A stretch of 64,000 nucleotides of DNA from Blastocystis sp. Blastoise (taxonomy: Eukaryota > Protista > Bigyra: Opalinata), in contig JBBPEB010000013.1 of assembly GCA_039096225.1 (NCBI GenBank), positions 1,116,001-1,180,000 on the forward strand, written 5' to 3'. The position numbers and the translations under genes were made by a program. The notes under the pieces were generated by a model. The model ran no database searches, was not told the DNA's origin, and saw only the letters and a list, made by a program, of their open reading frames with translations. This document shows positions 36,330 through 49,367 of the stretch, one piece after another (the stretch's first letter is position 1; each line of letters starts with the position of its first letter).

Positions 36330-37310
36330 CATTTCATAAAACTAAAACAAATCTAACACAACAAAGTCAACATTCATTTTGACTTTAACAACTTAAACAC
36401 AAAGTTTTTGAATTAATATTAATAAATTCAATCTAAATAGCATTTCTAAACACAAAAGTGTCAACAATATTACTTTTAGAGAGACTTTACCATTTCGATA
36501 TCAAGTGTATCAAAATAGTTTTAGACATAACTTTCACATAGTATAGATCTCATTATTTTATTTATTAATTCAAGTTTAATGTCTTGAATCTCTGACTTCA
36601 AGATCATTTTTAACACATTTTGAAAGGTTGACACACTTATAATTAATTTTAAAAGCTAATATTATAACATTATACTCATCATAACTCTATCAACATAAGA
36701 GTCACCATTTTGACACTCTTTATAAACATTTTACATTTGGTCATACACTTTGTCAAGTGTATTTTTGTCCTTTCTTTTGATATAATTTAGAATATAATTC
36801 ATAGTTTGATAAATAAAATATTTTATATTGAATCTCATCCTTTGGATAATTCATTTCTACATTTAAAAATATTAATCCCTTTAAACTTGTTTTTAAAAGT
36901 CAAAATTTTCATAGTCTAATGAAAACACAATTTTAAAAGAATATACTAACTCTTTAAAATTTCTAGACAACTCAAACACATTGTTAATTCACTTTTCAAA
37001 AATGAAATTCTCTTATTTTTTAATATGTTGTAGAATTTAGCTTATTATATATTAAACTTCTATTAGAATTTCGAATCTCCTATTTTAAGATAATATTTTT
37101 TATTTTACAACCTTAAAGTTACTTTTATGAGTTAATACGTTCACAAAATTATGTAAATATAAATGCGAGTAAACAGAGAAACTCAAAACTTAAATATCTC
37201 AATTATTGACAGTTTTAAATCAGTAATACTATACAGTGTTAAAAGTGACAATAAATGTTTTAAAATTTAATTCAAATATTTAAAAACTTGACACTATTTA
37301 ACATACTAAG
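36330..37310. repeat. Diverged internal repeat block A (related to 40470-41660)
   Basis: Shared segments such as TTGGTCATACACTTTG (about 36737 and 41492) and GAATCTC...ACATTT (about 36830, 41096, 41585). Confidence 0.65.
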
Positions 37311-37681
37311 TATTTCAAGAATTATCTTAATAGTCGACACAATTTAAATAAAAAAAAAAAAGAAAAAGAACAAAACAAAAATAGCAAAAGAAAACATTTA
37401 AATATAGAATAGCTAAAACGATAACAACAGCATAAATAAATAAATAATATAAAGAAAGCAGATAATAGAAAGCTATTAAATGTGAAAAATAATAATAATA
37501 ATAAGCAAAAGAAAAAGAAAAAGAACTAAAAAAAAAAAAATCTAAACATAACCATAACACTAAGAGAAACTATATAGATAAAAGATATATATATATAATA
37601 AGAGATAGTATAATAAATATATCTAACATATATATATTAAAAGAAATATTATAAATATTTGTTATATATATATATATATAC

Positions 37682-38832
37682 CTTTAGATACATTTTTATT
37701 ATTAAAATGAAAGCTAACATTAGGGTGATAAGATCCCCTATTAGAAAAGACACCTATATATAATATAATAAATGATAAAATATATATAAACAATAAATAT
37801 ATATATATACCTTCTAAAGAAGGAACAGAGGAATCACCATGATATCTTAACTGACTTGAAGAACCTATATATAATGAAAAGATAATTAATAAATCAAAAA
37901 AAAAAGAAAGGAAGAAATAAGAATATACCTGTATCATTATTACTATTAATCCAAGACTCCATAAGAAAAGAACGACCTATATAAGATAAAAATAATAATA
38001 AACTAAATTAAATTTAAAAAGTAGACAACCTTCATCATTAATACGTTCAGCAACTACAACCACAACAGTAGAATAACCTATAAAGAAACAGTAATAGACA
38101 AATAATAAATAAAAAAAAAATAATAATAAATGAATGACAATATATATATACCTTTAATATCATATGAGCAGTCTACCTGATCACCAACAACATCAACAGC
38201 AACATTTACATCAATAAAACAAACCTATATATATAAAAGTAAAAAAAAAAATAAATGAATGACAACATACCTTCAACACCACACAGACATCTATTATCAA
38301 CATCACTGTTAACATGTACAACAACTGAAGAACCTATATATATATAGAAATAATAAAAAAATAATAATAAAATATAAAAAAAAAATAAATGATTGGTAAC
38401 ATACCATCTATAAAGCAAGAAGAACCTACATCAACACCGATATCACTATTGGAATCACTTACAATAACAGAAGAACCTATAAATAAAGAAAAGTTAAAAA
38501 AATAAAAACAAATCATTGACAACATACCTTCACAGTTAGCATAACAGGCAACACCACCACCACTGCATAATTCAAATAGCATAGAAGAACCTAAAATAAT
38601 ATAATAAATAATTAAAAAAAAAAAGAAATGGAAAAATATATACCTTAAAGACCATCATAGCAAGTACCACCAAGACCAAGAGCATACACAACTGGATTTT
38701 ATTGAGTAGAAGAACCTAAATATGAATACTAATAACAAATAGATACAATATACCTGATTTTCTTTGAAATATAAATTATTTTTTATTTCCAGACCTCCAC
38801 CTTGAAGCAATTTTGTTGTTCTTAGACATCAT
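37682..38832 (-). pseudogene. Micro-exon gene: 10 short exons joined by phase-1 introns; decayed
   Basis: Internal exons of 72,63,72,63,73,48,48,54,72 nt, all AG|GT...G|GT; three in-frame TAA and one frameshifted exon. Confidence 0.6.
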
Positions 38833-39604
38833 AATTAATAATTTAATATATAAATGAGTATTAGATTATGTATTTAACAATCCTATTTCATTTGAATTAA
38901 TAAATATAATAGGGTCTATTTTTAAAATATGCTTCTTAAAACATAATAGAAATCAAAAATAGCCTTAATTTTTCATTGATTTTATTACAAAAGTAATAAT
39001 TGGGTCATTCTGGTTTAAAATCATTTTGGGTACCCAAAAAACATAGTTCTTTACTCTTTTTTAAATATTTTATTGTATTGATTGACTTAGTGTGTTTTAT
39101 TTATTTATTTAAAGTTATTTAACTTAGTATTATATTTATCTATTTATATACTAATTTATTTATTTAAAATAATACACTTCTTTATAGGATTCTCTTGTAT
39201 TTGCCTTGGTTGTCATGGTTAGTGGTTCTTGAAGTGGTCCTGGTTAAATGAAATGGTTTATTTAGTGTCAGGTATATAAATATATATATTTTTTATAATA
39301 TTTCATTTTTAATTCATTTGTTTCTTTAATTGTTTCTTTTTTTATTATCTTTTTGGTTTATATTTTCTTTATATATAATTAATCAATAGATTATTAGTTA
39401 TTTTTATTCTATAGGGAAGAAAATGTAACTGATGTGTGTGTTATACTCTTCGTTTTTTCATGTCTTTCTTTTAAATCTGTGGTTTCAGGTTGATTTATAT
39501 GTATATATTTATATTTTATTTATTATTTTTGTTATTTATTGTTTCTTTATTTATTTATATTTTATTTATTAAATTTATTTTATTTATTTATTTATTTATT
39601 TATT

Positions 39605-39643
<39 letters not shown>

Positions 39644-39789
39644 TTATATTTATTATATTTATATGTTTATTTATTTATTATTATTTATTTATTTTATATG
39701 TTTATTTATTTATTTTTAATATTTATTTATGTATTTATTAATTATTTATATTATCTTTTTTATATGTTTTCTATTTTATATAGGTTTAA

Positions 39790-40162
39790 AATCTTCTTAT
39801 TCTTTTTTTTCTTCTTTCTTCTTCCTTCTTACTTCTTTCTCATTCTTTCTACTTCCTATTTCCTTCTTCATTCCTTCTTCCTTCTTCCTATTTCCTTCTC
39901 CATTCATGCTTCCTTCTTCCTATTTCATTCTTCATTCATGCTTCCTACTTCCTACTTCCTTCTTCCTTCTTCCTCATCTTTGATTCTTCTTACTTACTTC
40001 TTCTTCATTCTGGATTCTTCCTTCTTCCTCATCCTTCCTTATTCTTACTTCTTCTTACTTCCTTCTTTCTCATCCTTCTTCCTCATCCTTCCTTATTCTT
40101 ACTTCTTCTTCCTAATCCTTCCTACTTCCTTCTTCCTCATCCTTCCACTTCATTTCCTTCTT
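39790..40162. repeat. Pyrimidine-rich (CTT/CTTC) low-complexity tract
   Basis: Almost purely C/T on the plus strand, with repeated TCCTTCTTCCTCATCCTTCC. Confidence 0.8.
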
Positions 40163-40215
40163 ATTATATATATATATATATATATATTTGATTATTATTA
40201 TTATTTATAAACTCC

Positions 40216-40281
40216 TTTTATGCTCTAGAAGGAGAGAAACAATCATATAGATTGTTTTCAGGTTCAATTCCTGACATAAAG
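40216..40281 (+). ncRNA. tRNA-like cloverleaf element, copy 2
   Basis: Same four stems with a compensatory change in the closing stem (TTATG/CATAA); followed by oligo-T. Confidence 0.6.
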
Positions 40282-40314
40282 TGTTATTTTTTTATTTTTT
40301 AATATTTTATTCAC

Positions 40315-40389
<75 letters not shown>

Positions 40390-40469
40390 TCTTTTTTTAA
40401 TTTATTTTAATCCAGTTTAATTTATACTTTTCAATTTTGACCTTATATATATATATCTAACTTTTTATA

Positions 40470-41660
40470 GTTTTTTTAGACTTCCTCTTCTCAACAACAG
40501 TCACAATGAGAACAAATCTATTTATACTCAAACAAATAAATTATCTCTAAACTGTTTGAATCAATCAATATAGACGTGTCTGACATAATTTATCAATTTA
40601 AACTCAATTTTAATAATTAAAAGTAAACAAACCAAACACACATGTCGACTTTAAAACGTTAAACTCAGTATTAAAAGATAGTTTTTATAGAGTGGACATA
40701 AAACATTGATTTAAACAAAAATGAATTAAAATAATTAACTCTTGACACAACTTTACCATTTGACAAAACACTCATCCACAATATTTTCCAAAGTTCTTTT
40801 AGTAAAGTGTTTATATACACATATTATGTATAAAATGAAAGTCAACTTCTTGAATCTCTTTGTTTAAGACAGTGTTTAAAACATTTTGACAAATTAACAA
40901 CCTTTAACTTGCTATTTAAAGCTGATATTTTAAGAGTAAACTTGATTTAACTACTTAAACACAACTGTCATCATCATAACACTTTTAAAGACACTTTACC
41001 ATTTGCTAATACACTTTGATCAAAATATTTTTGTCCCTTCTTTTAATATAATATAGGTCATACACTCTAGTTTAATGACTAAAAGCTCTTATTTTGAATC
41101 TCGTCCTCTAAGTCACTCATTTTTACATTTTCTAAAAATTAAGACCCTTAGAGTTGACTTTTTGGCTCAGTTTTTTTACAGTGCACGAAATTCACGATTT
41201 TGTATAAACTGAAGTAAAAATAAATTTTAAATAATAGTCACAACCCTTCACACATCAACTCTTTAAAAATTATTTTCTTTGTACTTTTGATATGTTGTAG
41301 AGCTACTATAGCTGCACACTAATTAATATCTCTAAATTTTTTATTCAAAGTTTAAGACTATGTTTTACACATTTATTTAAATTTGACAACCTTAAACTAT
41401 TTATTTAAAGCTCTTATTCATAAAATAGACTTAATACATGATTCTAAACATATATAGAAACCCTTTTACTTTTTAAGACACATTTTGTCATTTGGTCATA
41501 CACTTTGACCATCATAATTTTGACTCTCCTTTTAACATAGTATAGAGTTATAAGTCTAGTTTACTAAATAAAAGTCATTATATTGAATCTCTCACTCTAA
41601 GACCACTTAATTCACATTTTTCAAAATTGTGACACTCAAACTCATTATTTTAAGACTTTG
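40470..41660. repeat. Diverged internal repeat block B
   Basis: Homologous to block A and internally duplicated. Confidence 0.65.
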
Positions 41661-43732
41661 TTTTAACTATAGTAGTTTGAGGACCTATTGATTACTATGA
41701 TACAATATTAGTCAATTATAAGAAGATCGAAGAAAATATCGATCACTCAAAAATCGTCCTCAGGAGCTCAAAATCGCTACACCTAGGTTTTTTGACCTCC
41801 TGAATCAGAATATCATGTCAAAATAAGAATCTAAATTTGACCGTTAAGGCCTCACGTGTTCAATATGAAAAAGTATTAAAAAATAGATAAATATAAAGAA
41901 TAAACACGGATAACGTATATTGTGGGATTGATAAAAAATCAAGTTTACCCCATGTTTATTTTTCAATTGTCTGGTCAACAATTTTTATCGGGATGATCCC
42001 AAAGAGCCAATCAAAAACGACTCAAAAATCATGTTTTCTGTTCTTTTATTAATAACTTTTTAATTATAAATAATATCGCTTAACCAAATATACGGTGCAC
42101 AACTACATGTTATATCCTATTGAACTGTGTTTCAACGAAAAGTTAACTCCCCGTAAGTTTAGAGGAGTTGCGGCGACAAACTATAGTATACATTAGCCAA
42201 TCAAATGGTTTTTCCAAAAACTGACCAATGGGAATTTTTTTGCCTATTCTCATATATATAGTAATGATTTTCATTTCTATTACTTTAGATATTATATCTT
42301 CTTAAGTGCATATGTACATAATTAATATGCTTATATATATTTACACCTGCTTTTTCCGTTATCAGCCGTTACTTCATATTATTTATACAATGTCTAACTA
42401 TTATATACAATTTACTCCGTTTGTTCTTTTACTCATGATGATATAATATAGAAATCAACTTCTTATTACTTCTTATGGTTTATTTATTGTATTTCTATTT
42501 ATAGATTTATATATATTTTTATACGAATATTGTTCTCTCTTCATGTTATTGTCTTTAAAAATATACTAAAAATAATTATTATCGTCTCTTCTACTCATTT
42601 ATCACTGCCGATTATAAATTCAGTTGATATATGCATTCTTCCTTCTTCTTAACTTCAAATTTTATTTACAAGTTTTTAGTTATCTTCTTTATGATCTACA
42701 TATATAAATATATTCTCATTAAGTCTATGTCAATCTTTCCAATAATTTTTCTTCTGATAATCTTTCAAATGCTAACCTTTATATAATATCATGAATCTTA
42801 ATCTAATACTTATTTCATGCTATTATAATATAAAATCCACATTACTTTCTATTATATCATATATTCTAATACTCTTTCGGATATATATAATCCCTCATAT
42901 GATACTTAATATAGATATAACACATCTTGCTCTTTCCTTTTGAATTCATGTATAAATATAAAATTGTTGGTGTAAACGATTTAAGATTCCACTTTATATA
43001 TATGTTTTGGAAAATAGTATATTCTTTAGGAACCAATTGTTATCACTCTCTTTGTGATATTTGATTGATAAGTCAGGTAAATGATTTTAGTAGTTATTTG
43101 GTTCTTTCTATTGATACATTATGATTGAAAATATATTTTGCTATTTATTTATATATTTAATCTTCTTGATTAGATATACTATTTGATTTAAGAAGAGTAT
43201 ACTTTATAGTTGTATATTATACTTTTGATTGAATAAAGATTCTTATTAGTATTGGATATTGTTTTAAAGTATTATACTAGAGAGATTAGTATATATGAAA
43301 TAATTACTTCTAAAATAATATTTATTTTTCATATAAGTAATAATATTTCTCAGTTATTCGTTTGATCTGAATATAATAGTACTTGAAAAAGAATATAATT
43401 AGAAAAATAATTGAAATATAGATAAAAATTATTAAGGAATAGTGATTCTAATTAAGAAACTATATACTATTGATATAATCAAATATATAAAGGAATATTC
43501 AATGTCATCTATTTATAATTATATTTAAAAGATAACAGTATATCTTCTTGAGTTAATTAAAACAATACAAATTATAATGTAACAATAAAACATTATGGAA
43601 TACAAATAGTTAATATAATGAAAACAATATAAATATATAAATATTAATAGTAAAAGAAATCAATGTACTTTGTAGTATAAATACAGTAATTAAGTAGTTG
43701 GATTAGATTAGTGATTTTGTTGCTAGATGTTA

Positions 43733-46466
43733 TCAATCGAGTTTCTTTTTCTTTAATTTATCTATATATAATTAAGAATAGATTCTATATTATGTGAATT
43801 ATGAATATAATACTTATAATATACATACGCTCTAAAACAGTAGTTATAAGTGATGAAGAATCAATGATATCAGAAGTTAATCCAATTGTCATTTGGGTTG
43901 TTGGATTAATAGTGTTTCTGTATTTGTTTTTTATATACACGAGATGACTGAAACCGCTCTCACAGAGATATGAAGTTGCAAAGGGAAGAAAACATTTCTT
44001 GGCTATATCATATAATAATGGAAAACGACTCTTATGGCTTATATAGAACTCATCTATTGGTACGTTATTAAATTCTTCTCTACATGTTTTATCAGCAAGT
44101 AAACAGAAATACTCTTCTTTAACATGAAACTCCATTTTATTTTCGTCAGCTACTTTTGAAAATGGATTAGTAATCCAATATAAAGAATGATCAATAAGAT
44201 TAGTTGTTGGTGTATTTTTTGGTTTTTTTATGTTACTATTCGTTTTCTTCTGCTTTTTATTCTTTTGTACTTCTCCTTGATTTGTATTATTACTTATTTC
44301 ATTTGGAATGATTGCCCCAAGAGTTATTATACAATTGATATTAGCCTGAATTATATTTATATTACTAATGATTCCATTGTATTGTCCTTGAATACTACTA
44401 TTAGGGAAATTATTAAGAACACCAGAAATACTACCTAAAGTGTATCCATATACTAAATATGGAAAGTCAATTCTAATCGTTACTTGAGTTTCTATTAATT
44501 GCTGAGTAACTATGTCAACATAGGTTATTAAGCCATTTACAACTCCATTTGGAGATACGCAACCTTGTAATGATCCAAGAATATTAAATTGGTTTGATAC
44601 TACTGATGTATTGTTATTAACATTACTATTCACTTCATGAGATATATTTGATGTATTATGTGTATTTTCTTGGTCTATTAAATATTCATTAAGGTCTTGA
44701 AGATACGATTCATCACTACCAATATAATTTAGTATTTCTGGGAAATAATTCAGTAAATTACGTCGAAGAGTTATTAGATGATTTTTGATATAAAATATGA
44801 TTGAATTAATATCAAGCTTGGTTGTAGATACATAATCCTTAAGTTTCGTAAATGATGAATAATCGTTATTATTTATTAGTCTTTCTAATCTCAACGATAA
44901 TTTTATAAATAAATCCTTCATAATGTCTATTAACCCAAATATATATCTATGCTGTCCTTGCATTGATTTATTACAATCATAGAATAAACTGGTAACATCC
45001 TCAAGGTATAACATTGAAGCTATGAAGTTAGTATCAATAATGGTGTTATATAAGTCCTTCTTTTCTTTATCCTTTTTTATTACTAGTGTTATTCCATTTC
45101 TAAGTAAATTAAATCTTTTAATTGATGAATGGCATGAAAGCCATCTTGTAGGGCAATAAAGGAGAAGTTTATAACTTCTAATATTTTTTTCCTTTTTTTC
45201 TTCCTTCTTATCATTACTATAAACTTCATGAATATTATTATCTATATTATTATCTGTATCAGATGTATCTAAAAGGGATTCAACTACTTTATTATATTCT
45301 ATCTCTAAAGAAGATATATTATTAGGGGAATCAGGTATGTTATCTTGAGGAGAGAAGATAGAAGAGGTTAATGAATATTCATTATCAATATTGTAATTAT
45401 TGGATTCGTCTTGTCTAACAGCAGACTTCTTTATATATGAAATTATCTCAACAGCACTTTTGAATATATTAGTGAAGTATTTTGGTAAACAGTTTACACA
45501 GAGTTCTTCTCTATGAAGAAAACAGTGGATGAACATACAATTCTTATTCTTCTCTAGTACTCGTGTTTTGAAGGAGTTTTTGTCTCCATTCATATTCGAA
45601 GCACCGTCAAAAGTAGCTGATACGCAATTATTCCACAGAAGGTTATTATTATTAAAGAAATTATCTACCATGTTAAATATATTATCACCTGTTTTGGAAC
45701 TAATCTGAAAAATACTTAAAAATGATTCAGTAAACTTTTTATTATATTCGTATCTAGCATAAACGAGTAAATAGGATTTCATTTCTATGTCAGTTGACTC
45801 GTCAAGCTGAATAGAAAATGATCCTGATTGTCTTATCCTATTTATTACTTCTTGTTGAATTGTCAAAGCAATTTCATCACTTTTTCTTTTGATACTGCTT
45901 GAGGATAACGGAAGATTAGAAAGGACTTTGACATTCTTTAACCTTTCATATTCTTCAATAATAGGTTTAACTAATTTTTCTCCAGTTCTGTAGCTGTATC
46001 CATTCTTTGAAATGGAGTAGGCGATGAAATATGAAAGCTTACTGGATAAATCTGAAAAGCTAAAGAGAGAATTTGAGTATTCTGTGTTTTCATTATGATC
46101 TTTTAAGAGTTCTTGAATGTCATCATATGTGTATTTGCTTAACCCATGTTTATTCTTGAAATGAGTGAAGAGTTTTGAGGCTTCATAACCTTTACACGTG
46201 AGAGTAGACTCACAGATTAAACAAAAATAGGAGTTTTTTGTTAATTTTTTAAATCCATAAACAACTGGATTGGCATTATATCTTTTAACTCCTTCTTTTA
46301 CTTCACTATAATATTTGGATTTAGGATTAATATCTGGTTTATTATTCGTTTCTTCTGTAATTATGTCATCATCTTTTTTTTTTCGTCTGTTGTAGACTTG
46401 TCAATCTATATATATATATATATATTACTATTAATATACTTGTAATTTTTTAAAGTACTGTTCCAT
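43733..46466 (-). CDS. hAT transposase, Buster/Charlie (SCAND3/ZBED5-like) type
   Basis: BED-like CLIC...HFKNKH, FSIQLDESTD, TFDGASNM, HCFLH, TRWLS, PFATSYLCESGFS. Short first exon 46440-46466 and last exon HKLKKKKLD* are inferred. Apparent 1-nt frameshift in the A10 run at 46374-46383. Confidence 0.92.
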
Positions 46467-46669
46467 GTATTTAAACAATAAAAAAAGTTTATCTAATATA
46501 GAATGTTCTTTTTGGTTTAGCAAAACATTTTCCCTTATATTTTTGTTTTTCCCGTGTTTTCATCACTTAAAATAACTATGAAAATCACGGTAATAAAAAA
46601 GTAACTTTGTTATTTAAGCGCAAAAATTTTGGTCCTTTCGCTTAACGAGTAACTACGTGGTGACCCCTG

Positions 46670-47081
46670 TTATTCAGGTCAATGCAAACGAGGAAATATA
46701 GGTCATATTTTATATCAATGTACAGTGAATAAAGATACAAATTCTATTGACTGGGTAGTTGTTGAAGAAAGTTGTACGAGTATCTTATTAATATCCACAA
46801 TTGTTATTGCTGTTACTCTATTGGTTGGTATTATTGTTCTTCTTTATGTTTTTAGAACAGTAGAAAAGAAAAGATTGTATATAGAATATTATTTAATTTA
46901 TTATTATTTTAATAGTATTTATGGTTGATTATCTGTGTTATTTTATTTATCATAATTATAAGATCTATTAGTTTATAATTACAAATATATATATAGGGAT
47001 ACAATTCAGGCATTAAAGAAAAAAGCTGGTGGCATTGATTATACAAATAATTATGATAGTGGTGCTCCAATTGTTATTTAA
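46670..47081 (+). CDS. 3' part of the same surface protein (Cys segment, TM helix, short cytosolic tail)
   Basis: Removing the element plus one TSD copy restores the frame (ERYS-GQCKRGNIGHILYQC ... TM ... KKRL); one intron, then last exon 46997-47081. Confidence 0.85.
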
Positions 47082-48610
47082 TTATAAATTATTATTGATA
47101 ACCATTTATTTCATATTGATTGCAGATTCATACATATAACGAGCAGTTATTGAATATTGTTTTGTTTATAATATGTAATGATTGAATAAATTCAGATAAT
47201 TCAATAATAGAACAACAGTAATGGACAATATTCATTTTGATTAATATCTCATTTGATCATACGAATAATTACGCAGAGTATAACAATATAATCATGACAC
47301 AATTGCCAAGCATCTCAAAATTTAAAAGTTATTCTGATATAAAATATGACGATGCTTGAAGTAAATGATTATTACCACATATTACACAAGCTGAAATATT
47401 CATATACCAATGATGAAGTGACGAAAAACGAATTGATAATTTGAAATATGAATTAATGCAGAATTTTTGATAGGAGTACTTCTGTTTTGTGTGTAAACTG
47501 TAGAGTAACAATTTTTGTTATTCTGAAATAGTTTTGATTATTTGAAAATAATGACTGACAAAATCACAATAGATACAGAGTAATATCTCGGCATCAGAAG
47601 TTTTTTAAATTCATCTTTGATAGATCATACAACTAATCACTGTTGATCCTTTTTTGAAACCATTTTCATCAAGAAAATTGGCATTATGTTCTCAAGTAGA
47701 GTGACGTACTAACGACCCTATAGAGTTTATAGATAAGTCAAAGATATGAATAAATATGTAAGTAATATAAAAAATAAAAAAATCGGAATTAAGTGGCAGA
47801 TTAACGCCTTCGGTGCTATCTTTTCTTAATTAATCGATAAAGAATCGTATAATCTAATAGATTATGAATTTTTAATAAAAAAATGCGAAAAAAAAAAATG
47901 GATGGTGATACATCTCTAAATAAGACTGTTATATTCTCTATTACAGCTTTTTGATTTTCATTTTTGTTCACATATCTACAAAATATAACTTCAATTCAAA
48001 GAATATGAAGCAATTCTTGCAGATAATGTGGAAAAAACACCGGTCTTCTTTCAGTACACTTCAAATAGTATAAGACTTTCAAATAAATATCTAAAATAAC
48101 ATAATAATACTTAGGAAAAAAGATAGAATTCTTCATAGCGATGTCTTAAGAACTGAGCGATTGTAAGTCGTTTTTCCTTGTTGGAATCTGAAGAAGAGAA
48201 TGACGCACTAAAAACATTATCTTTCGCCATTAGTTTCATTTTAGGCACATATAAAAGAGTGGTCAGCAGGGTCCTTATTTCATCCAATCAAGTTGGATAT
48301 TTGTTTCAATATCTATATGATGTGGTTGTGTCTCTATATAAATAACCGTGGAATTTCTTTTCTTTCTAGTGTAATCATTGATAATTTCATGTTGTCGAAA
48401 AAGTGCCTCCATAATTGGATAATTTGGTGAAATAGGTTTGTGGCTAATAAAATAAAGATCTAACTCCAGGGGTAAAAAGAGTCGACACAAATAAGCGATT
48501 CTCCAATCATGTAGGGGTAAACCAAAAGTAAGAAATTAAAAGGACTTCGATGAATAATGAAATAAATTTTAAAAAACAACACTTTTTTTTTATTTTCAAT
48601 ATAGAAAGAA

Positions 48611-49329
48611 ATGGCTACAGATACTGTTAGTATTAAAACTGTATGGTTAAGAGAACTATATTATTTTATGATTCATATATAGGGAGACTTTGAATGGACT
48701 GCTGATGACTTAGGTTGTCCAGGACCACAAAACAAAGAAGCTTTGTTTGATTGGCAAAAGGATTACAATGGCGTTAATGCATTAGAGCGCTTCGGAGGCA
48801 TTGCCGGATTGGTCAAATCATTAAAAACAGACACGGAAAAGGTGAGTTGTTGATTGTCAAGTAAATTTGTTTAGGGTCTTACAACCGAACAAGCCGAGGA
48901 TGAGGAGCGTCTGCAAACGTATGGGAGCAATTACCAGCCACCCAAGAAGTCCAAGAACTATATGCAATTGGTTCTTGAAGAATTCAAAGAATTAACAATG
49001 ATTATTCTTACTATTGCTGGTGTTGTGTCTCTTGCTTTGGGTATCGCGACTGACCCAGAAGGAACAGGTATGATTATAAATAAATACAACTTGGAGTTAA
49101 TAAATAAATATATTTCTTTTATAGGTTGGATTGAAGGATTCTCTATTATTCTTGCCGTACTTATTTGTGTAAACGTTGGTGCTGTTAACAATTATCAAAA
49201 AGAAAAACAATTCCAACAGTTAAATGAAGCTAATGAAAGAGAATTTGTTAAAGTATATATATATTGACTTTATAATATATATAAAGTTGATATTTTATAA
49301 ATAATAATAATAAAAATCATAATAATAAT

Positions 49330-49367
<38 letters not shown>

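Noticed and set aside
37682-38832. CRISPR array
   Set aside because: The repeated units are variable-length spliceosomal introns in a eukaryotic genome, and no cas genes are present.
39490-40210. 223-aa F/L-rich ORF
   Set aside because: Translation of low-complexity TTTA and CTT tracts.
47300-48500. Gene upstream of PMCA (71-aa minus-strand ORF)
   Set aside because: No recognisable motif or consistent exon chain.
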